In this document: positions 13,672 to 26,531 of the stretch, one piece after another
Position numbering within the stretch: position 1 is the first letter of the stretch
How the letters are laid out: every line of letters starts with the position of its first letter
Source: the human T2T-CHM13v2.0 reference genome, Homo sapiens
Length of the DNA stretch: 64,000 nt
Strand: one strand, 5' to 3'
Assembly (NCBI RefSeq): GCF_009914755.1
Contig: NC_060935.1
The notes under the pieces: model-generated
The model's input: only the letters and a program-made list of their open reading frames with translations
What the model was told of the DNA's origin: nothing
Databases searched by the model: none
Translations under genes and position numbers: made by a program

Positions 13672-14849
13672 CCGCGGGGCTGGGCTAGGCGGCCGCTCTC
13701 CCCGCCCCCCCGCGGCACCCCGGGTGGTGAGCGCCGCGCGAGCCCGGAGCCCAGACGGACCCCAGCCCCACAAGCCCAGGAACAGGAGCGGCGGCCCGGG
13801 GCAGACCGCCCCGACCCGGCTCCGCTGTCTGAGAGGCGAGGGGTCCCTGTCACCCACCGGCTTGGAGCCTGTGGTCGCAGACAGGCATGTGTCATCCATG
13901 TGCCAACAGCCTGCCATGCTTCAGCCAAGGACGCCCGGTTTCTACTGGCCTAAGTCACCTGGGACACGAGCTTCCTGCCTCTTTCGGACTCAGCTTACCC
14001 GGCCCCCCCACCCTCCCCAGGAGGAGCATGGACGCTCTGGGTAGAATCCCAGGCTTTTCAGTGCTGTCTGGTGCTACTCCCCACCCCAAAGTTCATAGCT
14101 GCCCTTCCAACCCCTCGTGACTTCCGCAAGCCTGCCCTCCGGAGAACCCCAGATGAGTCCAGCCACCCCCTGGCACGCTGTTCGAATTTTCCTCAGCACT
14201 TGGCACATTGTGACTATTTAAACGGTTATTCACAATGAGCAGTTTAATGTCTACGCTACCTGTGTTATCTTCCTCCTTTGTCTTCACCTACCCACCCCTA
14301 TAGCTTTCCTGCCTGACAGAAATTGGCTTATTCCTTACACTCATCTTTATGAAGTTGGCATAGAATAGGACTGGAGTGAGGGCGTCTTCTCAGTGACCAA
14401 ATGAATGTTGAGCACCTGCTGTGTCAGGCACTGGCTCAGGCACTGGGGACTCAGGCATGGCTGAGCCAGGTCTGCTGTAAAAGGTCAATATGGTTGGAAA
14501 GCCCTCCTTTCGTCTTAATTCCAAAATAAGAGGATACATAGAACCCAGAGAAGGGATCCAGGTATCCCTGAGAATGGCCTATGAGCCAGGACTGTAGCTC
14601 CCTTTGCAGGGTCATGGAAGCTGCTTTGAGTATGCCCTGACAATTGGGCTGTACCTGGGCAGACTCTAAGGTGTGGAGTGCGAAGTTTGGAGGGAGAGAA
14701 GGGGTCCACTGGCTAGCTGCATTTGCCAGAGGAAGAAAATTTACTTCCTCGAAATGTGCGGCCTAAGTTCACATGGGAGAATTGGGACTCCTCACTCCCA
14801 GGTTTTGCCAAAATATCCCTAGAAATTTTAACTAAATTTTGAAAAGTGT

Positions 14850-15175
14850 GTTTTTTAATATGTTAAAATGTACATAACATAAAATTTACCATTTCAACCA
14901 TTTGAAGTGTACTATTCTGTGGCATTAAATACATTCACGATGTGCAACCATCATCACTTACCATTTCCAAAACTTTTTCATCATCCCAAACAGAATCCTG
15001 CACCCATTAAATAATAACTCCCCCTTCCCCTCCCCTCCCCCAGCTCCTGGCAACCACTATTCTACTTTGTCTCTATGAAGTTGCTTATTCTAGGTACCTC
15101 ATAAGTGAGATCATAAAGTATGTATCCTTTTGTGCTTGGCTTACTTCACTCAGCATAATGTTTTCAAGGTTCGTC
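14850..15175 (-). mobile_element. L1M (L1MB-like) 3' end fragment
   Basis: acataacataaaatttaccatt...ctggcaaccactattctactttgtctctatg...ttcactcagcataatgttttcaaggttc. Confidence 0.8.
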
Positions 15176-16049
15176 CTTTAAACGGGTGAGAAAATCGGGG
15201 CTTAACTTGTTCAAGGCCACCAAGGTTGTATCAGAAGCAAGACTAGAACCCAGGCCTCCCGACTCCAGAGCAGAGCTTGCTCTATAAGCTGCAGCATCCC
15301 TCGGTGGCTCAGCTCTTCATGCAAAATCACCACCCTGAAACAATTTGCAGGAGGTGTTTTGTCATCTGGAAACACAGGCATAGAACAGAGACGGGGGGAC
15401 AGACTGCAGGGGGTGTTTGAGATGACCCAGACCGATCTTTTGCTTTACAGATAAGGAAACTGAGGCCCAGAGTGGGGAAGCCATGAGCCTTCCCCGAGGT
15501 CACGCAGGGAGTGACAGAGCCCTCACGTTTCCAGTCTTCTGTCTTAGCTCCCATCTCTCACCGCCCTCAGCCTGCTGGCTTATTCTTCTACCATGCCCCC
15601 TCCCTTCTAAAGGGAACGGTCATTGAGAGGAATCCAGTTATTTAAAACTAAGCCTATTGACCCAGAGCACCTGGTCAGGTCATGCCTAAAATAAACCGCT
15701 AAGGCAGACAGGATGAAAGGGGCTGCTGTCTGCTGGGAGGGGATCTGAGTGGGCCTGGGGTAGCGGCACAGCTGCTCCGTGCCTCACACGCTGGAAGTAG
15801 CGGTGGACCCTCTTCTTTGCATCCACCCCAAGTACCTCCTACAACCTGAGTGTAGGAGGCTTTATGCTAGTTATACACAGGGGGCTTTAAAGAACCACAA
15901 CATGTGTGTTACCCGAAGGGCGAGGTCATTCATTGTGCCGGTGACTGCAGTCTGGCTGTCCCGGGAGGAGACATATACGTGGAAATAAACGGGTGGTCAG
16001 TTGGGGAGAGCAGACCTGGGGACCCCCTCTGGCAAAAGGAAGCTTTCTA

Positions 16050-16265
16050 ATGTCATGGTTAAGAGCCTGGCTTTGGAAACAGCAGGAGATGAGTCCTCAG
16101 CCCAGCTCTGCCACTTGCCAGCTGTGTGCCTGGGAAATGTATGTGTGCCAAGCTGCAGTTTCCTTACCAGTGGAATGGGGACATCCCCAGCATCTGCCTT
16201 GGAAAGTCGTAGCGAGGATTAAATAAGACAAGCCCCATGGCTGACGCATAGTGAGCACAGGTAAC
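16050..16265 (+). mobile_element. MIR SINE
   Basis: tggttaagagcctggctttgg...cagctctgccacttgccagctgtgtg...gaggattaaat. Confidence 0.7.
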
Positions 16266-19200
16266 TACCATGAATGGGAACAGCTTTGCTCACAAGGACC
16301 TTGACCTGTGGGAACTGGGAGGAGGGAACAGCTCCACTGGGGGAATGCTGGGACGATATTGTGCCTTCCATGCTGTGACAAAGCCAGAGCCAAGGAGCTG
16401 GGAATCCAGGAAAGGGGCTGCAGAAACACGGAAGGTGCACATTGAGGCAGAAGAGCCTGGAGAGATGGCTAACAAAAGAAGGACCTGAAAAACAGGCAGG
16501 TCAGGCCTCATGCTTTTTGTGTTTCCCATTGATTTTGTTCTTCCTTAGTATCTAGGGAAATGTCTTTGAAAATGACAGGTTGGCTCAGATGTATTTAGAA
16601 GTCTCCTCTTCGACAGGAGTTGTATTGGGGTGGGCAAGCCAGCATGCCAGGAAATCCCAAGGGAAAAATGAAACGCCGGGGAAGAGAGTCAGGCGGCGTG
16701 TTCTACCCCACGCCCACCTTAAACCCTGACAGTCCCCTCCCCAGCTGACATTTTAGAGGGGCTATATTTTGATAGAAGGGACAGTTCCCAAAATTATATG
16801 GAAAACTTCACACCCACACACAAATATATTCATGCCAGAGTGAGAACAAACACAGTTGCCCAGGCAAACATTCATGTGTACAGGTAAACATAAACACCTA
16901 ATGACAGGCACACCTGTGCTTCAATGTGATTTGAACCCAATCCAGAAATTCTGCATTGGCACCTATGCATATGCTCCATTTTTTTAAGCCTCAAATTTGT
17001 GGGATTCCTTTCTAGTAGGGACACACTACCCATTTAAAAGCAGTGATCAGTTTTAATATTTTCTTGCATCAGAATGCTGGGTGATGATCTGTCTGTATTT
17101 TGGCTTTTGTGCTTTTGTTTTTGTTTTTTTTAAACAATGCCAGTTGAAGCAGCTATATGAAGTCACTGGGAGCTGAGCCCTCTCCAATTCAGGTTAATCA
17201 TGGATATTTAGGGGGTATTATTTTGCCATGTTATATTAAGACTAGAGCCATCCTGAGAAACAGCAGATGTTTTTATTGTTTAACTCAAACAATAAGCTTA
17301 TATATTTTGGATACTTTTCTTCAAAAACAAAGGCATAAAATTATTTTAACAATGGCTTCATATGCCCTCTGGAATTCTTTGACAACTTGAGTATAAACAG
17401 GGTTTTCATAAAAGGAATCAATACTGAACCAGGTCTGTGTGAAAAACTTAACTTTTGGTATTATATAGCTAATTCAAGATTGACCTTCTTAGTACTTACT
17501 TATCAGTTGGGGGAGGAAAAAACAAGGATCTCCCTGCTTCCCTCCCCAAAATTTATAATTGATTTTAATATTATAGAAAGAGTTCTCATCTACAAATCAG
17601 AAATCCTAGGTTCTTGTGTCACCTCTGTCTCCATAGCCAGCTGTGTTACCTGTGACAAGTCACCTTGCCTTTCTGGACCTCAGTTTCTTCACCATTGAGG
17701 TGAAAGAGCTGGGCTGGAATGATCACCAAGATCCCTTCCTAGGACCAAACACAAGGTAAATGCAAACAAATATGCCCATTCCCCCCTCCTACCCCACATA
17801 GGTGTATAGTGTGTACCCACAAATGTGTGCAGGCAGAGAAACAGAAGCTTTTATGCACAGATATTCAGAAACTAATAGGCACAAAAAATTACACAAAATA
17901 AACAGTTTTGGCTTCAAATATATACACATACATCTAAAATACCATCTTCTTGAGATGAGATGAATCAGTACAATTCATAGACTGTGATGCCTATATATAA
18001 AAAAATATTATGTGTCATTATACTACCCAGGTTCTCCTTAAACCAAAATTCTGTCTGCTGGGCTCAGAAGATGTCTAGGTATGCTTGCCACTTACTCTCT
18101 CATCATTTTGGATGATAATATTATGGCTCTAAGATCACTGGAGCAAAGGGTCTAAAGCCCTGGGGCTCCGCCTGTACAGATGCAGTCTCTGGGGTCCCAT
18201 TGCCCTTGTTCAGGCTGCTGTCTCAGCAGTGACACCAGGATGGTTGGTCAGGGGCTGCGGAAGCCCCCAGCAAGGCAGGAGTCCCCTGAATAACTGTGGC
18301 CTCTCTCCTGCTGTTCTTTCTCAGCTCACAACTCTGAAATCGGTTGAGAAGCCAACCCAGAGAGGTTCCATGTAGTCCGGATTCGACAGAGCTGAAGCTC
18401 ATTGTCACATTTCTCTCTGGGGAGCAGTGGGGTGGAAGGTATGGAAACTAAGAGAGATAGGAAAAAAAAGAAAGTGCAATGAGCAGAGCTAAACTTGCTG
18501 GCTTCCCAAGTCTTCCGGCATTTCTTCTGGCCCATGTGTCACTCACAAATGTGCTTATCAAATTTTATGAAAGTGTCTTCTACACTGGAAAACCTTCACC
18601 TTTCTCAAGTACCCAGTGCCCCCCTTTTTCACCTGTTTAAGGCTTCCCATTCAGCAGGGCCTGGTCAGGCACCCCCAGTTTTCCCTGACCAGGCCTCCTC
18701 TGGTCTCCCACTGCCTCAGACATCTACTTGGCCCATGGGTCTCATCCCTTTGTCTAGAATTGTGGCTATTTAGGCATGTGTCTGACTTGTCTCCTCTTCT
18801 AGACACTGGGCTCCGACCCTTTCGATTTGTACCTGCAGGCCCTAGCCTGGTGCCTCCTGGCTCTAGGGGTACACTCAGTAAGTGTTGATTTAATGACCAG
18901 ATGGGCTCATTCTTATAAGGTAGCAGATATCTGATTACAGCCTCACGTGCCATGCCTTCCAGAGAGATGTCCCTTAACTAGGATCAAAGCCTTAAGCTTG
19001 AAAGTTCTCGTATTGGAGTTTCTCGTCTCTAAGAGTGAGCATTTGGCAGGACATTAGACCCCGCAGGAGTGCTGACCCCTAAAACCAAAGAAGTCTCAGC
19101 AGTTCCTGCTGAGCCCGCATCACTGTGGTCTTCACAGTTGTCATCTTGACCTTGTAGGCAGCGCCTCTAGGTTCCAGAGGCTTTATGTTTTCGTCCATTT

Positions 19201-21060
19201 CTGATTCTCACCTAAAAGGATCTGGATACATATGCCAGAATTGTTTTGATCATTATATAGATGAAGACACAAAGTCAGAGGAGTCCCAGAGGCATATTTG
19301 GGATGTTTAATACCATGACACTTACACAGCTCAAGCTTCAGATTCCTTTAGGGCCCTAGTAATGTGTTCACATGGTCAGATATGAAAACACTGTAGAATA
19401 ATAGAGTTTAACTACTGTCAATCACAGCTGCTACCCTTTTCTGCTCTGGCTTCTCGGTGGGTCTGGTGAACATTTTGGGGGGATCTGACTCTGGCTTGGG
19501 ATTGGTGGAATGTATTTATATGGTTCACAGGCCATGCACGTACTTCCAGGATAGGGAATGGCTTGCAGGAACACTCCTATCACCGACTGGGCCAGCTCAC
19601 TGCGCTTTGTGACATGAAGTTGCAGAACCAGAAGTTGTATCACAGTATAACTGTGGCCTCAGGTGCCTGCACCAGGGGTGTGTGTGTAGCATAGGAAAGA
19701 CAAGGTTTGAAATGCATGGAGCCAAAAGCCAGCTTATGTAAAGCTGTGAGCAGAAGTAACGTAAAAAAATTTTTTTTAATTTAGAAAGCATTTTTGAGGT
19801 GTGTCAGTTAATACAAATATTATGTTATCTGTCTGGATTTCATGATGGCATTTGTCAGTTTTTTCAAGATTTGTAACTTGTTGCAATTTCTTTTTATCTT
19901 TCTAAATTAATAATCACATTTGATTATTAATATATTAATGATCATATTTGTATCTAATTTTGTATTCATAATTGTGTATTGTTTTCCTTAGTGAGGCCTA
20001 AGCTTCCAGCCCTCAATGGTCTAAGCTTCCAGCCCTGCAAAACCTGAATCCGTCCCAGGAACTTTCCTTGGGTTACACTGTGGCTGGGGACCAGGTTCTC
20101 TGGATTCTGGTCAGGGCTCCCCGCTTGCCTCAGAGGTCTTAAGTCTGTATGTCAATCATGTATTTGTACAGTGCTGTTCACACAGAAGCCCCCTTGGAGA
20201 GATTTTCCTCCCCAGAGAAGAGAAAGTCAAGGCCCAGGCCCATGGTGGTGACCTTGACTTAGATGATGAAAGTTCTCTTCCTAGAAAGTCTGCCCATTTC
20301 ACCACAGGCTGGACTTGCCAGTCCATGCGCTGGAGGATCTCAGGATGGGAGACAACTTGGTGCTGCCGTAACGCCTTCCACGGTCTCTCTGCAGGGCAGC
20401 ATCCCTCCTGTCACTGTGACTGGCCACCAGCATTGTGGACCGAGACCCTCCTCAAAGTCCAGGAGTTGCTACAAAACACTAGCAAGTCCTCCAGCCACTC
20501 TGAGCAGGAGAAATGTGCGGCCCAGAAATTCCACCTGCTGGAGGCCAAAGCCACGGCTCCTGGGGTGCCCCAGTGGTGAGTGGGCTGCAATTTGGGACAG
20601 TGAGGCTGAACAAAGACATTGCCTGGAGACCACGGGGAATGTTGGCCCCTCAGTTACAGAATCTGAGAGGGGGCAGTGCCTTAGAGCTCAGCTCACCTGG
20701 CCCCATCTCATACCCACTGGCTTTCTACACCGACCCAACAGGTGTCAACTCAGTCTCTCAAATGCTGCCAGGGAAAAGGGGCTTGCTCCCCACACAGAAG
20801 TTTATCTAATTTCACTGTCCACAGTCATGTACACATGCTTTTCTTTATCAAGCCCAAATCTGCCTTAGCTTTCTGGAGTTCAAAAGATGTGCCCAATCTG
20901 GACAAAATGACAGCTATTCAAATATTCAAGAACTGCTACCGCAGGCCCCCACACCTTCCTTTTGCCAGGCTACGTATCTTTTTTCTTTTCTGACATAATT
21001 TCTAGACCTTTCCCTATTCTGGTTTCCCTCTTTGCTTATATTCAACTTTAGCAATATCTC

Positions 21061-21353
21061 GTCCGGGCATGGTGGCTCACGCCTGTAATCCCAGCACTTC
21101 GAGAGGCTGAGGTGAGAGGGTCACTTGAGCCCAGGAATTCAAGACCAGCCTGGACAACACATGGAGACCCATCTCTACAAAAACATTTAAAAGTAGCCAG
21201 GCACGGTGGTGCATGCCTGTAGTCCCAGCTACTCGGGAGGTTGAGGTGGGAGGATCTTCTGAGCCTGGGAGGCTGAGGATGTTAGTGAGCTGTGATTGTA
21301 CCACTGTGCTCCAGACTGGGTGACAGACTCTGTCTCATAAAAGAAAAAAAAAA
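21061..21353 (+). mobile_element. Alu (AluJ-like)
   Basis: gtccgggcatggtggctcacgcctgtaatcccagcac...tgagcccagg, A-rich tail. Confidence 0.93.
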
Positions 21354-22944
21354 TCTCTCTTAAAACAGAATAGACTCATGAATCCGGATGAGGTCTGAGC
21401 AGCTCCAGTCCAGCGCCATCACCCCCTCAGTAGGTAGCTGATCTTCTCTTACTGTTGTCCAATGTTTTGTTGGATTTCCTGGGCTGACATGCCAATCACT
21501 CTGGACCACTATCCCACGAACTTCTACTGAACTGGCCTCCTTGGCCTGTAATCCTGATGTGGATTATTTGAGAGAAAACATGATCCCATTCATCATTTGG
21601 TGAAAGTTGGGAAATGGGGTGTTGCCTGGGTCAAATGGCACTTACTTACACAATGGGTGACTCAGAATGTCATCTAAGGTCCTAGCCCAGCCCCAGTGAG
21701 GGTGGCAGAGCTCAGCTAAGAATGCAGCAATAAGGTTCCCATTTCAGGCCACAATGACATTGAAACCCAGCATCTTTACCAAACTTGACCTTATTTTTGA
21801 TAAATCCAGCAGAAAACAGAAAAAGATCTAACATAGCATTTCACAAGTGTTTCATGAGAAGGTAATAGGTAAGGTGCAAAAACTGATCTATGGTCAAATA
21901 GGTTTGGAAAACAGTGGAATAATCAAAGGTAAATAGGTTTTTGTGGGAGTTGTTTTTGTTTTTGTTTTTTACTGCAGGCTTTAACACGCTGGTGGGCATT
22001 GTCAATCTCCAAGTGCTACAGTATGAGGTTTTGGGGGATCCATTTCCCACTTCTCCTGGTTAAAAACTCTGTTCTTTCACTGTTTCTGGTCCACACCTGG
22101 CCTAAAGGAAGTACATTTTGTTGGTTTACTCATTCTTTTGGCAACTCTGTGCCCAGCCCCTGTGCAAGGAGTTCCCCGATCCCTGGAAAGTCTAGCACAG
22201 AGTCCCTGCCCTCAGGAAGCTTGCATTCCAGTGGAGTAGAAGATGTTTAAAGAGCAACACAGGGAAGCCTACATGCTCAGAGTCAGCAGGTCAGAGTGTG
22301 AAGGGACCTGGGGAGCATCTCCTGCAAGTGCCTAGGAAACAGTGGCTGGCAGGTGAAGGGCGTCCCAGGTCACATGGCAGAGTCAGGGCTTAGGTCCAGG
22401 GCTCCTGACCGCCTGGCCTGCGCTCAGCTAAGTGGTGTTTACCTCCCTCCTAGGCCCTGTTGCCTTCAGACTCTTGCCCACCTTGTTCACCACTCCATCC
22501 TCAGTACCCAAGGCAGGTCTTTGATGACTGTTTGTCGAATGAAGCTATGATGATGTGGCTGGGTTGGATGATCTTTACAGTCTCACCTAGGGCAAGGGGT
22601 TCGATAAGTCTGTGAAGAGAGCTGCTTAAGCTCAGAGAAAGGAGTGGTCAGTAAAAACCAAGGTAGGATGTGAGTTGGGCTTGAGCAATGGGAAGGATAT
22701 GCAGAGAGGCAGGGAAAAGGCCTCCCTGCAGGGGCTCAGGAAAGCCTGACTCTATGGTGTGTCTACCCATCTGAGACACCCACACATCTGGCACATGGCA
22801 GTTCAGAGCTGTGTCCTCAAAGACTCATCGGTCCAAACTCTGAGCTGAACTGGCGGGCTAATTGTTTGTCTGCATCAGCCAAAGTAGCTTCTTCTTTTGG
22901 CAAATCATAATCAGAGTCCTGGACTCCTACTAATAACAATGATT

Positions 22945-23135
22945 ATAATTGAGCACTTGCTGTGGGCCCAGCACTATGCTAATTACTCCAGATGCATAAT
23001 CTCCAAACAACCCTATAAGACTGGTATGATTATTATCATCCCCATTTTACAGACAGTGAAACTGAGACATAGAGAAATTAACTAAGTTGTCCAATTCACG
23101 CAGCGTCAGATGCTCAAGGCAGTCTAATTTCAAAC
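22945..23135 (-). mobile_element. MIR SINE
   Basis: cccattttacagacagtgaaactgagacatagagaaattaactaagttgtcc. Confidence 0.7.
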
Positions 23136-24048
23136 TCATCATTCTATGTATTGACTTTGGTGGTGGTGGTAGTGTTACTGCTGTTACATTTTTTAAAGTT
23201 TGAACATGGAAAATTTCAAGAATATACAAAAGTGGGGAGAACAGTATAACGAATTATTATGCACTCATTTCCCAGATGCTACAAGAGTTGACTCATGGCC
23301 AGTTTTTTGTTTCATCTATGCTCCCCTCCCATCACCATGAATTTTTCTGAAGCAAATTTCTTGTGTTACATAATTTCATCCATTGATCATTTTGTGTGCA
23401 TCTCTCAAGGATGAGGCCAAATCCTCTTTCTCAATCACAATACTTTTTGCCTCCTGACTGAGAAGTTCCTTGGCCGGGGCACCCGCTTCCCCCAAGCCAC
23501 ACGCCAGATTTCAGGCTAGCCACTTCCCCACACAGTGGGCACAGAGGCAACAGGCTCAGCGGGTAGCCTGTCCCCAGCTCCTCACCACACAGCCTGACCA
23601 AATGGCATCTCTCTGCCTCCTCAGAGTGAATTTTTATCGCTGAAGCCCCTGCCATCAGTCTAGTTGCTCTGCAGATGGGGAACTGGATGTGGTGGTCTGC
23701 CTGGTGGGGTTGTTGACACAAGGATGAGTCTTTCTTGACCAGGCCTGTCCTAGGCTCCAACCCTGGCCTTGCCCCAAATCCCAGTACCTACTTCAGAATG
23801 ATTTGGGGGGTGGGAGATCTCCTCTGCCTGGGAGGAAATGACTCCCCACTCCGCCCAGCCTAAGAGCAAGAAGGGATGAGATGGAGCCAAGAACCTGGAG
23901 TCAGAGATTCACCGCACTTCTCATGAGCTGGGAGGACCAAGTCTCACCTTTTTGGTCTGTGGAAGTGGGAACAGAACACCGACCCTGCAGCGTGGCTGTG
24001 AATGTCTAAGGAGATGGGCAAGTTTTCTCCGCAGAGTTGTTTAGCTAG

Positions 24049-24531
<483 letters not shown>

Positions 24532-26228
24532 TGCAGTTTTCAAAGTATGCTCACATGAAGATACCACAGCAAGACAGACATCAATATCCGCATGTTACAG
24601 ATGAGGAAATTGAGGCTTCAGAAAGAGAGTGACTTGCTAAAAATTATGCAGGCACTAAATGACAGAGCCATTAAGTGACAAAATATAGAATTAGAAGGCC
24701 TTCGGACTCTATATTCTGGGCAATCTGCCGACACATTCCTATGGGTCAAACCTTTAGGAGGAGTCCTGAGACCATGGCTGGGCTGTCCCTGCCCCTCTGG
24801 AAAAGATAATAGGCGCATGCCCGAAGCCCCTGGCATGCGACATGCTATCCCCTGAGAGCATTTGCCATCTCTGGGTCTCAGTGGCTCCGAAACCACACAA
24901 CTACACATGCACACAGGCACAGGTGAGGTGAAGGAGAGAGAGATCCCAGACTACAGAATCCGGGATCTGTATTTTCTGTTTCCCAGTATTTGGATGTAAG
25001 AAGCTTAGCATAGGTCTTGGGGCTGGCATTTGGGAAATCCTGAACTAGAAGATAAACTAGAAGGTTTATGTTCTGTAGTTTCATAAACACTATCCACTTA
25101 AGCTTGTCAAAAACACTAATACAGTGTCTGGCACATACTTGATAGTCAACAAAAATTTGCTGAATAATAAATGGCTGAAAAACACGCAATCACCCAGCCC
25201 AGCAGAAGCCTTGGTGAACACTGCTTCATCCCTCACCCACTTTACATGTTCGCAGCACTTTGTGGCGTACATATCTCATTTACACACATGATCTCGTTCA
25301 ATCTCTTTAATGAGTTGGATATCACAAACCCCATCTCACAGATGAGAAAACTGAGGCTCCGAGACACTAAAGGACTTCCCCAGGGCTGCCCAGGTGGTCA
25401 GTGACCGAGCCAAGCTCACGCCCACGCCTGTCTACCCTGCTCTAGCAGCTCCGTCACTGCCCCGCCCCTGCTTCATATCATTTCCACTGCGAAGCTTGAG
25501 AGGAGGAAAAATCCATCCAGAGAGAATGAATCTTCCAGATCCGTTGGGAATGCCTCAGATTTAGGAGAGGCGACCTCAGGAGTTTGCCCTGAGACCCCAG
25601 GCTCAGGAGAAGTCTTGCCTCATTTGGCGAAGGGGCTCAGTGCAGACCTCCAGGGTGGGGCAGGTCCTGGGAGGCCAGCTGCCGCGTCTGCACTCCTGGA
25701 AAGTGCAGTGTGGGAAGGGTGGGAGCTGTGGGAAGGGAGGGGAGCCCTCCTCCCCGCTGTGCCTGACTCCTTGGGCGTGGCTCTGATGGCTGGAGAGGAC
25801 AACCCGCCTCCCTGGCCCACTACTGGATGTGTCTCTGCGGTCCTCCGCGGAAGGAAGCTCCAGGCCTCCGCACTGGGAACCTGGTGTCTGCCTCCCCCTA
25901 GTGCCACAGGACAGGATGGTGGCGCCGCAGGCTGCTGTGCAGTACAACATAGACGGCGGCCACTCAAATTCTCCACTACACAGGTCCTGCCCTTCACCCC
26001 AGTCATGTCTCGCAGTGAAGCCGGAGGCTGGGCTCACTCCCTGCCCCAGCCTGTGTCCTTGCCAGCCTCTAAGAACTACTGGAGGGGACCAATGGTGTCC
26101 TCCAAAACAGACCTCTGATTCTCAGCTGAGGAGGCTGAATCGCCGCGCAGCGCTCCAGATGCTAGGTCCACCCACGCAACCCTCCTGGGTTGCTCTGCTC
26201 CTCCCCAGTTCCAGCTCAACTAGCAACG

Positions 26229-26531
26229 CACAACACACACAAACTCACACAGTCACATACACACTCACACTCACTTACACATTCACATACTCTTACACAC
26301 ACACACCCACACACTCACACACACATTCACACATTCACACACACGCATATTCACATACACACATTCACACACTCACACATTCACACACACTCATACACAC
26401 ATTCACATACACACATTCCCACACTCACACATATTCAAATATTTTCACACACATTCACACTCACACACATTCACACACTCACTTACACATTCGCACACAC
26501 ATACACACATTCACATACATACATATTCACA
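26229..26531. repeat. Degenerate (CA)n/(CACATT)n low-complexity tract
   Basis: ~300 bp of cacacattcacac-type repeats. Confidence 0.95.

Larger units (their letters stand above)
12250..13900. promoter_or_regulatory. DSCAML1: CpG island covering DSCAML1 promoter, exon 1 and start of intron 1
   Basis: Very high GC and CpG density relative to flanks; GC boxes; contains the first coding exon. Confidence 0.9.

Noticed and set aside
19998-20036. 16-bp direct repeat ctaagcttccagccct x2
   Set aside because: Small local duplication with no further structure
20263-20868. 201-aa intergenic ORF
   Set aside because: No domain similarity, splice context or promoter evidence visible
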